Assembly: GCA_964610995.1 (NCBI GenBank)
Contig: CAZSWF010000002.1
Location: forward strand, 6,338 to 70,337
DNA: 64,000 nucleotides
Direction of reading: 5' to 3'
From: an uncultured Candidatus Saccharibacteria bacterium
GTDB lineage: Bacteria; Patescibacteriota; Minisyncoccia; Phycocordibacterales; UBA9973
The translations under genes and the position numbers were made by a program. The notes beneath the pieces were generated by a model. The model was given only the letters and a program-made list of their open reading frames with translations, was not told the DNA's origin and made no database searches. Of this stretch, positions 30,347 through 40,735 are shown one piece after another. Every line of letters begins with the position of its first letter. The first letter of the stretch is position 1.

Positions 30347-31375
30347 TTATTGAGTAATTGTGTTACCTGTTTTAATAACATGATCCACAAGCGTATACGT
30401 ATACCCCATCTCATTGTCGTACCATCCCATGACTTTCACGAGGTTGCCACCGACGACGCGAGTCATTTCGAGATCTGCTATGGACGCGTGGCGGTTGCCG
30501 AGGATGTCGCTCGACACAAGTGGTTCGTTGGTCACTGCAAAAATATTTTTCCATCGTGGATCTGCTGCTGCCTTGGTGAGGATGTCGTTTACCTCTGCCG
30601 CAGTTGTATCCTTTTTACTAATAAATGTGACGTCGACGATCGAGCCTGCAGGTACTGGTACGCGGATAGAGATACCATCGAACTTGTCGGTGAGCTCCGG
30701 GTACGCCTTGGTCACTGCGATGGCTGCACCAGTCGATGACGGGACGATGTTTTGCGCAGCGGCGCGGCCTTCACGCAAGTCTTTCTTGCTCGGACCATCG
30801 ACGAGTGACTGTGATGCGGTGTAGCCATGGACGGTGTTGAGGATCGCCTTTTCGATACCGAGTGCGTCGTGGAGGATACCGATCAGTGGAGACGCGGCGT
30901 TGGTGGTACACGATGCATTGCTGGTGATGTCGCATGTGCCAAACTTTTCTTCGTTGACACCGAGCAGTATGGTCTCACCAGGAAATGATCCATCACCCTT
31001 GGATGGTGCAGAGATCACGACCTTTTTTGCACCTTGGTCGAGGTGGAACTTCGCCTTTTCGTATGCGGTAAAGAGTCCTGTGGACTCGACGACGACGTCT
31101 ACTCCGAGATCCTTCCATGGGAGTTTCGTAGTGTCTTTTTCGGAAATGAATTTGATAGTCTTGCCGTCAATCGTAAGGTCGGTACCACTGACCTGTACAT
31201 CGTGTCCCCAGTCTCGATAGACCGTGTCGTGTCGGAGGAGGTACGCGAGGCTCTCGATGGAGCCGAGGTCGTTGACTGCGACTATCTCGATCTCGGGTCG
31301 CATCCATGCGACCTTGAGAAATGCTCGACCAATGCGCCCGAAACCGTTGATAGCTACTTTGATTGTTTTATCCAT
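30347..31375 (-). CDS. gap: glyceraldehyde-3-phosphate dehydrogenase
   Basis: INGFGRIGR, SNASCTTN, PSSTGAA, WYDNE.GY. Confidence 0.97.
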   Translation of the reverse strand: MDKTIKVAINGFGRIGRAFLKVAWMRPEIEIVAVNDLGSIESLAYLLRHDTVYRDWGHDVQVSGTDLTIDGKTIKFISEKDTTKLPWKDLGVDVVVESTGLFTAYEKAKFHLDQGAKKVVISAPSKGDGSFPGETILLGVNEEKFGTCDITSNASCTTNAASPLIGILHDALGIEKAILNTVHGYTASQSLVDGPSKKDLREGRAAAQNIVPSSTGAAIAVTKAYPELTDKFDGISIRVPVPAGSIVDVTFISKKDTTAAEVNDILTKAAADPRWKNIFAVTNEPLVSSDILGNRHASIADLEMTRVVGGNLVKVMGWYDNEMGYTYTLVDHVIKTGNTITQ

Positions 31376-31467
31376 GATCTAGAGTATAGCAGAAATAAAA
31401 AAAGCGCTTCTTTAGAAAAAGATGCGCTCGTTTACCCAAAACTCTGCCAAAAACGGCATTACTTGCA

Positions 31468-32844
31468 TTAAATCATTTCTTTGAGTATTTGCAAGGTGAG
31501 CGCTGGGTTTGCTGCGCCTTTGGTAGCTTTCATCACTTGCCCCACTAGGCCTTGGAGCGCTGCTTCCTTTCCAAACTTATAGTCTGCAACTATCTTTTCA
31601 TTGTCTTTGATGACTTGCTCAATGATAGGCTTGAGATCATCGGCATTGTTTTGCTGGAGCAATCCTTTTTCTTTTGCAATACTTTCTGGATCTCCACCAT
31701 GCTCTATCAATGTTGCAATTATGGTTTTACCCGCAGTAGACGTCACCACACCATCTCCAATCATATCGATCGCCTTGCCGAAGTTTGTAACATCAGTTTT
31801 TCCAATATCTGCCCCGACAACACTCGAAACTATGTAGTTTGCTTTGAGTTCTGGATACTTGGTCGGGATTGCTTCAAACATTTTTTTGCGTTCTATGTCT
31901 TGGACGAATATCTCGATGAGTTCTGGATTTTTAATACTTTCTTTAAGCTTTTCTCTCGCTTGCCACGGCAGTTCCGGCAATTCTTTTTTCATTACATCGA
32001 GATCAAATGCACTATGGAGCTGCATTTTCGGTAGATCTGGATCTGGGAAGTACCGATAGTCATTCGCATTTTCTTTGGAGCGCTGACTAAAGGTGCTCTG
32101 TTTGTTCTCGTCCCATCCACGTGTCTCCTGCACGATTTCATCTTGTCGACCTGCTTCGTAGAGTGCTTGCATACGTGCAAGTTCGTATTCGATAGCTTTT
32201 TCGACACTTTTAAATGAGTTGAGGTTTTTGACTTCTACCTTGGTCCCAAATGTGTTTGGGTCATCAGAGAGAGAAATGTTGGGCTCAACACGCATTTCAC
32301 CTTTTTCGAGATTGGCTTCGGATACACCAAGCGTACGGAGAAGAAGCTGCAACTCTTTTGCAAAATCTGCAGCATCCTTTGCAGAGTGAATGACTGGCTC
32401 AGTGACAAGCTCCATCAGCGGCACCCCTGCGCGGTTGTAGTCGACGAGCGTGAAGTCTCCTCTGTCATGTTTGGACAGTCCAGTGTCTTCTTCAAGGTGG
32501 ACACGTGTGATCGCAAAACCTTTTAGTGTCCCTCCTGACACGATCGGGTACTTGTACTGAGAGATCTGATAGCCCTTGGGGATGTCGGGATAGAAATAGT
32601 TTTTGCGGTCAAACTCTGAGAAGTCTGCGATCTCTGACCCGAGCGCGAGACCGACTTGGATCACCTTTTTGATCGCGTCATGGTTTGCCACTGGCAATGT
32701 CCCTGGGTGTGCCATACATATGGGGCAAATGTTTACATTTGGGCGAGTCTCGTCTGGGTCATTTTTGCACCCACAAAACATTTTGCTCTGGGTCGCAAGC
32801 TCTGCATGTATTTCGAGCCCTATCGTCGGGTAGTACTGCTTCAT
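31468..32844 (-). CDS. gatB: Asp/Glu-tRNA amidotransferase subunit B
   Basis: IGLEIH, FDRKNYFYPD.PKGYQISQ, DYNRAGVPLMELVTEP, DYRYFPDPDLP. Confidence 0.96.
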   Translation of the reverse strand: MKQYYPTIGLEIHAELATQSKMFCGCKNDPDETRPNVNICPICMAHPGTLPVANHDAIKKVIQVGLALGSEIADFSEFDRKNYFYPDIPKGYQISQYKYPIVSGGTLKGFAITRVHLEEDTGLSKHDRGDFTLVDYNRAGVPLMELVTEPVIHSAKDAADFAKELQLLLRTLGVSEANLEKGEMRVEPNISLSDDPNTFGTKVEVKNLNSFKSVEKAIEYELARMQALYEAGRQDEIVQETRGWDENKQSTFSQRSKENANDYRYFPDPDLPKMQLHSAFDLDVMKKELPELPWQAREKLKESIKNPELIEIFVQDIERKKMFEAIPTKYPELKANYIVSSVVGADIGKTDVTNFGKAIDMIGDGVVTSTAGKTIIATLIEHGGDPESIAKEKGLLQQNNADDLKPIIEQVIKDNEKIVADYKFGKEAALQGLVGQVMKATKGAANPALTLQILKEMI

Positions 32845-32939
32845 AGGCACCCAGTATACCACAGTCCCCTTCCCTACTTGACATTTGGTGGAATATTGGT
32901 AGTATAAGGAAAAATATTCACAATTTAAAAAATACTACT

Positions 32940-33767
32940 ATGCCACTATCAAAAGATGTAGATGTCAAAGCCAGAGAGTTTATAACAAATGGAAAAGGTT
33001 CAGGTCTCGACAGATTTGAACGTAATTCTTTTTTGAATAGCTTAAGTGACGAAGAAGTCAATTTTTTAATGACCAACGCTGAACAGCTCAATGGTGACAT
33101 TAAAAAATATCTTGCGTTAACAAACGAAGATGATCGTAAAAAAGCACTGATCGAGCTACAAGAAAAAATTAATGCATCAAAAAAAGTTGCTGACCACCAA
33201 CCTGTTCCCCAAATCTCGAAAAAAGATGAATCGGTTGCCAAAAAAGACATCAAGGCCGATCTCAACACACGCCGCTTACTGATTGACTTTGCTGCGATAG
33301 TGTTCGATGTTCAACCAGAAAGTAATACACTTCCTGACGTATTAGCAAAGGTAAGAGAACGTCATCAGGCATTTTGCAACAAAGCCTCTTCTTTTCTGGA
33401 ACACATCGCACCGGGAAGTACCGCCATAAAAGCAGCGGTTGAAGGACACGGTACAGTGCAACTTTTTGCAAACTTTTTTGGTATTCAGCCACCGGTTGAC
33501 TCGATCAATGAATCCAGTGAGCTGGGCGCCCTGACGACAGTGTGGGTAAACACCTACAAAAAAGAATGGGCTGGCACAAATGCAGAAATGTCTGATGCAG
33601 ATCGGATACTTCGTTTCGAAGAAAAAAAGAAACGGATTATTGAAAAAACTGCTGATGAAATAGCTGCTTTTGCTGGCTACGAATCCAAAGAAGATCTGAT
33701 CAAAGAATTGACCGACATCTTTAAGACTGCGGTCGATATCATCAAAGAGCATGTTACGTCTCGGTAA
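32940..33767 (+). CDS. ORFan hypothetical protein
   Basis: 275-aa ORF with own promoter (32878-32905) and terminator. Confidence 0.7.
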   Translation: MPLSKDVDVKAREFITNGKGSGLDRFERNSFLNSLSDEEVNFLMTNAEQLNGDIKKYLALTNEDDRKKALIELQEKINASKKVADHQPVPQISKKDESVAKKDIKADLNTRRLLIDFAAIVFDVQPESNTLPDVLAKVRERHQAFCNKASSFLEHIAPGSTAIKAAVEGHGTVQLFANFFGIQPPVDSINESSELGALTTVWVNTYKKEWAGTNAEMSDADRILRFEEKKKRIIEKTADEIAAFAGYESKEDLIKELTDIFKTAVDIIKEHVTSR

Positions 33768-33899
33768 AGCGATTGCCCGAGAACGACCGTCCTTATCTAA
33801 GGACGGTTTTTTTATTCCCCTATTGACGAAAATCGTAAAAAGAGTAGAATAAAGGAAACAACAACCCATTCTTTCACCTTTTAACCCCTCCTAGTTTTT

Positions 33900-34106
33900 A
33901 TGGCTAAAAAATCGTCACCAAAACCGATTAAAAAGTATGGCCCTTTGTGCCAGGAATTACTCCTGAGTGCACTTGAGTCAAAGTTTAGAAGAATGTTTTC
34001 TGAAGAAAACCCTGTAGAACAATCGAAACAATTGTTTACAAAAAAGAGAACTGATTTCAACTATGACATGAGTCGCCTGTCAAATGTGCGCCTTGGAATT
34101 CATTAA
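33900..34106 (+). CDS. ORFan small hypothetical protein
   Basis: 68-aa ORF with own promoter (33823-33850) and terminator. Confidence 0.5.
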   Translation: MAKKSSPKPIKKYGPLCQELLLSALESKFRRMFSEENPVEQSKQLFTKKRTDFNYDMSRLSNVRLGIH

Positions 34107-34159
34107 TTACAATGATTTTTAGCTCTTAAAATTTTACCCCGGTATTGCCGGGGTTTAAT

Positions 34160-35131
34160 TTATTTTTGGAGAAACTTCACGAGCTCGTCTTTAAAGCCTT
34201 TTACTACTCCTTCATCAAAGAGCGTCACGACGTACACTTTTTTACCCAGCGCTTCAAACTTCTGTTTCATTGCGGTGATCGTTGCTTCATCTACAACGTC
34301 TGTTTTTGTAAGCAAAATAATTTCTTCTTTTTCATCGAGTCCATTGCCATACTTGGCAAGCTCTGCACGAATAGTGTCATAACTTTTCATCATGTTCATA
34401 CCATTTTCAAATGACACGAGGTGCAGCAGTACCTTGGTGCGAGAAATGTGTCGGAGGAACTTGTGTCCCAGACCCTTGCCTTCACTTGCGCCTTCGATGA
34501 TACCAGGGATGTCTGCAATGATGTATCCGTAGAGATCGCCCAGGTTGGGATCGAGTGTCGTAAATGCATAATCACCCACTTTGGCTTGCGCGTTGGTCAG
34601 TGCGTTGAGCAGTGAGCTCTTGCCCGCGTTGGGGAAGCCTACGAGTCCGACATCTGCAATGAGCGATACCTCGATGTGTAGCTGCGCTGCTTCGCCTGGT
34701 TTGCCAAGCGTTGATTCGGTCGGTGTCTGGTTCGTAGAAGCTTTGAAGTGTTCGTTGCCGTGTCCACCAGTGCCACCGTGAAGTATTTCTATTTCTTCGT
34801 TCTCTCGCGTGAGGTCGTACTTGATATCGGTATCGATGTTGGTTATTGTGGAACCGATCGGAAACTCGAGGTACAGATCTGCACCGTTGCCACCCTTGAG
34901 CGAGCGACTACCCCCTTCTTGTCCATCTTCTGCAGCGTACTCTTTCTTGCCTTTGTAGAGGTCGAGCACACGTAGACTACGCACTGCACGTATATATACG
35001 TTGCCACCACGGCCACCGTCGCCCCCTGCCGGTCCACCCTTGGGGATAAACTTCTCCTGTCTCCAACGAACGACTCCGTCGCCTCCCTTACCCGCTGCTG
35101 CATGAATTGTGATTTCGTCGAGAAATGCCAT
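34160..35131 (-). CDS. obgE: GTPase ObgE/CgtA
   Basis: Gly-rich Obg fold, GFPNAGKSS, YAFTTL.PNLG, DIPG, TKTD. Confidence 0.96.
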   Translation of the reverse strand: MAFLDEITIHAAAGKGGDGVVRWRQEKFIPKGGPAGGDGGRGGNVYIRAVRSLRVLDLYKGKKEYAAEDGQEGGSRSLKGGNGADLYLEFPIGSTITNIDTDIKYDLTRENEEIEILHGGTGGHGNEHFKASTNQTPTESTLGKPGEAAQLHIEVSLIADVGLVGFPNAGKSSLLNALTNAQAKVGDYAFTTLDPNLGDLYGYIIADIPGIIEGASEGKGLGHKFLRHISRTKVLLHLVSFENGMNMMKSYDTIRAELAKYGNGLDEKEEIILLTKTDVVDEATITAMKQKFEALGKKVYVVTLFDEGVVKGFKDELVKFLQK

Positions 35132-35135
35132 ATGT

Positions 35136-36020
35136 CTATGACTCTACCGCACTTTGCGCCAATGCCCAAGCCCCTTCTTTGGTGCGAGCCACTGCAATGA
35201 ACCCTTCGTTGTGGCAAAAGACTGCGTCGAGCACACCAGTCACTGTTGCAAATTCTTGATCACGAAGCCCTTTCCATGTATCAGGAAGTGATTTGCGTAC
35301 TGCAAATTCTGCAGGAATTTGGCGGACAGCCTTGACGCTCCACTTGCCATCGGTGCGTTGATAGATAACAAACAAGGGTTCTGGATGTCGTGCCATCACT
35401 TCATACCACCCAGGATACTCAGTCCCGATGTCGACGATGCGTTTGTCTGCTGCCTGATCATATGCGCGTTCGAGCAAGTGCTCAGCATTTTTAAAACTAG
35501 TCGCATGCGCAACAAGTCGAGTGATGATCATACGAGCAAATGATACTGCCTCGAGAAATGCATCAAACAAACTTTTGTCTTCTTGCCAAGTCGGACGAAA
35601 TGCAGTGATTGTATCAATAATCGAATACATGTAGACACCCTTGTCAGCGACTCGATCGATCACTCCAGTGTCAGCACCATCAATACCTTGCACGAGCTGC
35701 TCATCGATGAACGCTGCATTCTCTACACTCCCTGCGACCATGTGTCCGTACTCTTTCCATACGAGTCCAAATGATGCATACGGTATACCGTTGTCTCGAG
35801 CACCTGCACCACCCTTTTGGTGATGATCAAATCGTCCTGTCGCTGGGTCATATACACCCCCGACATCAAACACGATACCTCCTCGCGCTATGTCTCGTTC
35901 ATCGCGTGATCGAACGATCTCTATGTCTTGGTCTTTGAACACGAGCGATAGCGTCGCACACGCAAAGACGTCGTCGGTGTGAAATGTACCGTCATGAGTT
36001 ACGAGTGTCAGCTTTTTCAT
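35136..36020 (-). CDS. MYG1-family exonuclease-like protein
   Basis: THDGTFH.DD, DVGGVYD...FDHHQ, FCH..GF. Confidence 0.9.
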   Translation of the reverse strand: MKKLTLVTHDGTFHTDDVFACATLSLVFKDQDIEIVRSRDERDIARGGIVFDVGGVYDPATGRFDHHQKGGAGARDNGIPYASFGLVWKEYGHMVAGSVENAAFIDEQLVQGIDGADTGVIDRVADKGVYMYSIIDTITAFRPTWQEDKSLFDAFLEAVSFARMIITRLVAHATSFKNAEHLLERAYDQAADKRIVDIGTEYPGWYEVMARHPEPLFVIYQRTDGKWSVKAVRQIPAEFAVRKSLPDTWKGLRDQEFATVTGVLDAVFCHNEGFIAVARTKEGAWALAQSAVES

Positions 36021-36025
36021 AGTAG

Positions 36026-36361
36026 TTAGTCGTTGACGAAATGACTGACGATCCAGTTGATGATCGAGATCACGAGCGCGCCGACTACCGCTGCGGTGAA
36101 CGATGCAACCGTAAATCCACTAATGATCTGCGCCACAAACCAGAAAAATACTCCGTTGAGTACGATAGAGAAAAGTCCGAGCGTGAGAATGTTGATCGGG
36201 AGCGTGAGTATGGTCACGATCGGCTTGATCACCATGTTGATAAAGACGAGACATGCAGAAACGATAAGTGCGGTAACGATCGACTGTACTGCTACCCCAT
36301 CCACAAAGTATGGCAGTGCAAATACAGCGAGCGTCGTGATGAACCAGCGAAGTAATATCAT
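36026..36361 (-). CDS. YvlD/4-TM holin-like membrane protein
   Basis: N..IKP...LTLP..ILTLGLF...NG. Confidence 0.85.
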   Translation of the reverse strand: MILLRWFITTLAVFALPYFVDGVAVQSIVTALIVSACLVFINMVIKPIVTILTLPINILTLGLFSIVLNGVFFWFVAQIISGFTVASFTAAVVGALVISIINWIVSHFVND

Positions 36362-36374
36362 AGGGATAAGTATA

Positions 36375-36827
36375 TTATAGAAATAGATCTTCGACTACCT
36401 TTTTCACCAGTACACCATCTGCGTTGCCTGCGCACTCTTTCATCACTGCACCGACGAGTATGCCGAGTTTGCTCGTGTCGGTCACACCGAGCTCTGCTTT
36501 TTTCTTTTCAGCGATTGCCTTGATATCAGCCTCACTCATTTGTGCTGGCATAAAGACTTCGAGAAGTGCGAGCTGCGCGCGATCTGCGTCTGCGAGATCG
36601 GTACGTCCTGCACCGTCAAACTGAGCGATCGCATCTTTGCGTTGCTTGATCGTTTTCTTGATCACAGAGAGCGCGATGTCGTCAGAGACTTCGTCTTGTG
36701 GAGTTTTGCCCGCAGCTACTAGCTCGTTGGTAAATGCAGTAATGAGCCCGCGATAGGTATCGAGCGCAGTCTGGTCCTTGGCACGCATAGCATCTTTGAG
36801 TTTTTCACGGATGTCGGTGGAAATCAT
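36375..36827 (-). CDS. GatB/YqeY domain protein
   Basis: LKDAMRAKD, KQRKDAI..F..AGR.DLA, MP.QMS. Confidence 0.9.
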   Translation of the reverse strand: MISTDIREKLKDAMRAKDQTALDTYRGLITAFTNELVAAGKTPQDEVSDDIALSVIKKTIKQRKDAIAQFDGAGRTDLADADRAQLALLEVFMPAQMSEADIKAIAEKKKAELGVTDTSKLGILVGAVMKECAGNADGVLVKKVVEDLFL

Positions 36828-36916
36828 AGAGAAAGTATAGCAGAAAATAACCTCAATCTTTTATTTGACTTATATCTTATATATGATATAATGTAGATAA
36901 ATTTAAACGTACAGTT

Positions 36917-37435
36917 ATGTCACTTATTCAGTTCCTTGAAATAGTGATTTCTCTTCTATTGTTTAGCAATAAATTATTAGTATTGATCGATAAAAAAAGT
37001 GGTTGGGTAATAGGTGCCATTGGGTGCTTCATTGCAATGTGGTATCTCTATCTTCTCAAGTTGTATGTATTCACAATCCTTGAAATTGGACTAATAGTAC
37101 TCATGCTGTACGGCTATTTAGCTGGTAAAGAAAAGAAAGATTCTGTTGAAAGAATGATTATCGCTTTTCTTATCTTAGTTATGGCAAGTCTGACTTATTT
37201 CTTATTTGAAGGATCAATCACTACATATCAATTTATTGGAGGAATAGCACTAACTATTGGTACCTATTATTTGACTCATGGTAAAGCTATTACTGGATGG
37301 ATACTGTATTGTATTGGACATATAGTAACAGCATACCTTGGGTATCAAAAGCACCAATTATTTTTTGCTGATTTTCAAATCGCTTCCGCTATTGTTTCTA
37401 TCATTGCTATTATAAAAATTAGAAGAAAACACTAA
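36917..37435 (+). CDS. AT-rich multi-TM protein, possibly PnuC-like transporter
   Basis: about 6 TM segments in two repeated halves (GW..G / GW..Y); family assignment tentative. Confidence 0.5.
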   Translation: MSLIQFLEIVISLLLFSNKLLVLIDKKSGWVIGAIGCFIAMWYLYLLKLYVFTILEIGLIVLMLYGYLAGKEKKDSVERMIIAFLILVMASLTYFLFEGSITTYQFIGGIALTIGTYYLTHGKAITGWILYCIGHIVTAYLGYQKHQLFFADFQIASAIVSIIAIIKIRRKH

Positions 37436-37493
37436 CTTTTGGGCTCCTCACAATATGTGATGGAGCCTTTTGTTTTTATGGTAAAATCATTCT

Positions 37494-38210
37494 ATGAAAA
37501 TCTACTTTTTCGATACCGAAACTACAGGCAACACGCATGACGATCGGTTGTGTCAGCTCGCGGTCAAGGAGCACGGCGTGGCGGAACCATTGATCAATGA
37601 GCTATTCAAGCCACCGATTTCTATCCCATATGAAGCAAGTGCGGTCCATCACATCACCAACAAAATGGTTGTGGACAAGCCTTCATTTGCGTCCTCTACA
37701 CGCTACGCTGAGATCAAGGCACTGTTTGAGTCCCCCGACACTATCGTGGTCGCACACAATGCATCGTTTGATGTGGGGATGCTTGTACCAGAAGGCATCA
37801 ACCCGACCAACGTCATCTGTACGTACAAAACTATCCATGCACTCGATGGGCATGGCGAGTTTGCCCAGCACAAGCTCCAGTACCTACGCTACGCGCTCGA
37901 CATGGAGCTCGATGTCCCTGCACACGACGCATTTGCCGACGTACTCGTGCTCGAAGGACTCTTTGACTACCTCCTCGCTCGTTTAGTAAAAAGTGGTAAG
38001 ACAGAAGCAGAAGCACTCACAGAAATGATGCGTATCAGTAGCGAGCCGATGTTTATGCGAGAGTTCACCTTTGGCAAGCATAAAGGTATGCGCGTCGAGG
38101 ACGTCGCACATGTCGATCCTGGGTATCTGTCATGGCTTCTATCTGAGAAAATGAAAAACCCTGCAGGTGAAGAGGACTGGATCTATACGCTCCAGAAGTT
38201 TGTGAAGTAA
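37494..38210 (+). CDS. DEDDh 3'-5' exonuclease (ExoX-like)
   Basis: FFDTETTG, AHNASFD, HDAFAD, C-terminal FGKHKG...PGYL.WL. Confidence 0.88.
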   Translation: MKIYFFDTETTGNTHDDRLCQLAVKEHGVAEPLINELFKPPISIPYEASAVHHITNKMVVDKPSFASSTRYAEIKALFESPDTIVVAHNASFDVGMLVPEGINPTNVICTYKTIHALDGHGEFAQHKLQYLRYALDMELDVPAHDAFADVLVLEGLFDYLLARLVKSGKTEAEALTEMMRISSEPMFMREFTFGKHKGMRVEDVAHVDPGYLSWLLSEKMKNPAGEEDWIYTLQKFVK

Positions 38211-38259
38211 ATTGACTTTGTTAAAAAATAGTGTAAAATGCTGAAAAACAATTTACATT

Positions 38260-38751
38260 ATGCCAAAAGTTCTTGTGAGATTTCATCTCAAAAATAATCG
38301 CGACTGTGATAATGGCACCCTTATCACTGGTACCACTGAAGTAGGACACATCCTAAACAGCTACAAAAACAACAACATTCATGCGGTTGGAAATCTGATT
38401 GATATGTACTTCCTTTGTGAAAACATTATCAGCGAAAGAAATGATCTCCCTCCTGAAGGTATCCGGTTCACTTTTTTAAATCCTTTTACACCAAAAGATT
38501 TGCGTGGACTAAAACTAGAAGTACTAACTCTACCCCACAAAAAGGACTTCGTTGTACGTGCATTAGGTGTCCCTATTGAGTACATGTCCAAAGAAATGAA
38601 AACTGTTTTATTTGGACAAGATGACGTACGAAAGCATTTCGGAACAATGCTCTGGCAAGCTGAAAAGCTTGTAGCAGAACATTTCAAAAAAGACCCCATT
38701 CTCAAAGATGACGTAATCCAATTTATGGTGAATCATTTTGAGATCAGTTAA
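38260..38751 (+). CDS. ORFan hypothetical protein
   Basis: 163-aa ORF with own promoter (38212-38239) and terminator. Confidence 0.65.
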   Translation: MPKVLVRFHLKNNRDCDNGTLITGTTEVGHILNSYKNNNIHAVGNLIDMYFLCENIISERNDLPPEGIRFTFLNPFTPKDLRGLKLEVLTLPHKKDFVVRALGVPIEYMSKEMKTVLFGQDDVRKHFGTMLWQAEKLVAEHFKKDPILKDDVIQFMVNHFEIS

Positions 38752-38804
38752 GTACCAGCCGGACCTCACCAGTCCGGCTTTTTTGCGCATGGTACAATCG
38801 TGGT

Positions 38805-39854
38805 ATGCAAATCATATTGATCATTATTGGGGTTGCTATCGGAGGCCTCGTCGTATACCTACTGACCCGCAAGTCTGCGGCACCTGCTCCCGATAACACT
38901 GGATTCTCCCTTCTCATGCAGCAAGTCGCCGACTTGCAAAAGGTAGTGGATCACAAGCTCTCACAGAGCGAACAGTCGATGCGCGAGAGTATGCGTGACC
39001 AGAGTACACAGAGCGCGCGCATCATTTCCGACATCACTGAGCGTCTCACCCGACTCGATGAGGGCAACAAACAGGTGCTCGGTTTTGCCGAAGGACTTGC
39101 ACAGCTCCAAGACATATTGAAAAATCCAAAACAACGCGGCGTGCTCGGTGAGTACTATCTCGAAACATTGCTCAAAAACATTTTGCCGCCGTCTGGATAC
39201 TCTATGCAGTACAGCTTCCCCGATGGCACGATCGTCGATGCAGCGGTCTTTGTCAAAGACAAGGTGATCCCTGTCGACTCCAAGTTCTCGCTCGAGAACT
39301 ACAACCGCATGACCGAGGAAAAAGAACCCGCCCGCAAACGGGATCTCGCAAAAATATTTGAAAATGATCTCAAGAACCGTATCGCCGAGACATCCAAATA
39401 CATTCAACCCGAGAACAACACGATGGACTTCGCATTTATGTTCATTCCACACGAAGCAATTTATTATGATCTGCTCGTTGGTACGGTCGGTGCAGGCGAA
39501 GAAGCTGAGAACTTGATCCAACGTGCGGCGTCCAAATACCGCGTGATCATCGTCTCGCCCACATCATTCCTTGCGTACCTGCAAACCGTACTTCAGGGAC
39601 TAAAGGCAATGCAAATCGAAGAAAGCGCCAAAGAAATCCGCAAGCGTGTCGACGAGCTCGGCCGACACTTGGCAAGCTATGAGGAATACCACAACAAGCT
39701 CGGCACTACACTCAAAACAGTGGTAAATCACTACAACAGTGCTTCCAAAGAGCTCAAAAAGGTAGACAAGGACGTTATGCGCATCGCCGGTACCGAGGCA
39801 GCACTCGAGCCACTGATCCTCGGAGAAAGTGAGGTAGAGCGAACGATAGAATAA
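38805..39854 (+). CDS. rmuC: DNA recombination protein RmuC
   Basis: N-terminal TM, coiled coil, PKQRG.LGE..LE, VDSKF, FAFMFIP.E, VSPT. Confidence 0.92.
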   Translation: MQIILIIIGVAIGGLVVYLLTRKSAAPAPDNTGFSLLMQQVADLQKVVDHKLSQSEQSMRESMRDQSTQSARIISDITERLTRLDEGNKQVLGFAEGLAQLQDILKNPKQRGVLGEYYLETLLKNILPPSGYSMQYSFPDGTIVDAAVFVKDKVIPVDSKFSLENYNRMTEEKEPARKRDLAKIFENDLKNRIAETSKYIQPENNTMDFAFMFIPHEAIYYDLLVGTVGAGEEAENLIQRAASKYRVIIVSPTSFLAYLQTVLQGLKAMQIEESAKEIRKRVDELGRHLASYEEYHNKLGTTLKTVVNHYNSASKELKKVDKDVMRIAGTEAALEPLILGESEVERTIE

Positions 39855-39865
39855 GGGTATAGTAA

Positions 39866-39966
39866 AAAAATAAAAGAGCTTTTGGAGTCGCGTAATTTTC
39901 TGCTGAAAATTCGCTGATACTCGGACCAGTCGTCCTGCGTAACACTCCAAAAGCTCTTTTATTTTT
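39866..39966. repeat. structured intergenic palindrome, copy 2
   Basis: perfect 23-bp inverted arms (39866-39888 / 39944-39966) around the shared 53-nt core. Confidence 0.8.
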
Positions 39967-40729
39967 ACTTACTAAACAATTCCGGATTTGCAATAGACTT
40001 AAACGCTGAGGTCGGCACGAGTATGCTCTGTGTACCTGCTGAGTATGGCGCTACTTGATACGGATCAAATATAAAGGTTACGCCGTTGTCGATAATAACG
40101 AAGTTTTGATAGTTGTCGATGATCGGTCGAGTACCTTCGGTGATCCATGATGCGTCACTGACATTTTTCTTGACTAGTTCTCGCTCCACAAATGTTGCAA
40201 CAGTTTCGAGCCCTTTGGCGCCGTTGGTAAAGAGTTTCTCGAGTGTGATCACTTCCCCTTTTTCATTAAATGCGTACGTGCGAGTCGCCTGCAGGCCATG
40301 TGCACCTCCGGTGTATGACGCGATCGTAAACACGTATGTGTTGGCTCGAGTCGCTATCGTTTCTTGGTAGGTAATATCGAGCGACAGCACGCCACGCGAA
40401 CTACTATCGATCGATGGATCCATCACCCACGATGTGTCTTCTATGAACTGTGCGATCTGTCCTTCGACAAACGACTTGAGCATATCGCTCGTGCGTGCAT
40501 CACGAGTCACAGGGTACTCGGCTTCTATTGCATAGTACTGATTATCCTGACGGAGTACTTCTTTGCGCACCTCAAGAGATGGCCAACTGATCACTTGATC
40601 ACTTGATGGTGGTACTGCTGCTGGATCTGGTGTGTGGTTTTTGCCCACCATGACCAGCCACACAATAAATGCTATACCAATGATGGTAATAAGTATGCTG
40701 CCTACTGATAGTTTGTGTGTTGTTTCCAT
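39965..40729 (-). CDS. RsiV/DUF3298-family protein
   Basis: YTGGAHG, L..LF, F.PYQVAPYSAG. Confidence 0.82.
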   Translation of the reverse strand: METTHKLSVGSILITIIGIAFIVWLVMVGKNHTPDPAAVPPSSDQVISWPSLEVRKEVLRQDNQYYAIEAEYPVTRDARTSDMLKSFVEGQIAQFIEDTSWVMDPSIDSSSRGVLSLDITYQETIATRANTYVFTIASYTGGAHGLQATRTYAFNEKGEVITLEKLFTNGAKGLETVATFVERELVKKNVSDASWITEGTRPIIDNYQNFVIIDNGVTFIFDPYQVAPYSAGTQSILVPTSAFKSIANPELFSK

Positions 40730-40735
40730 AAAGCG

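Noticed and set aside
36026-36361. Holin-like gene as prophage evidence
   Set aside because: YvlD-type 4-TM proteins are common chromosomal genes, and this one sits in the yqeY-MYG1-obgE run.
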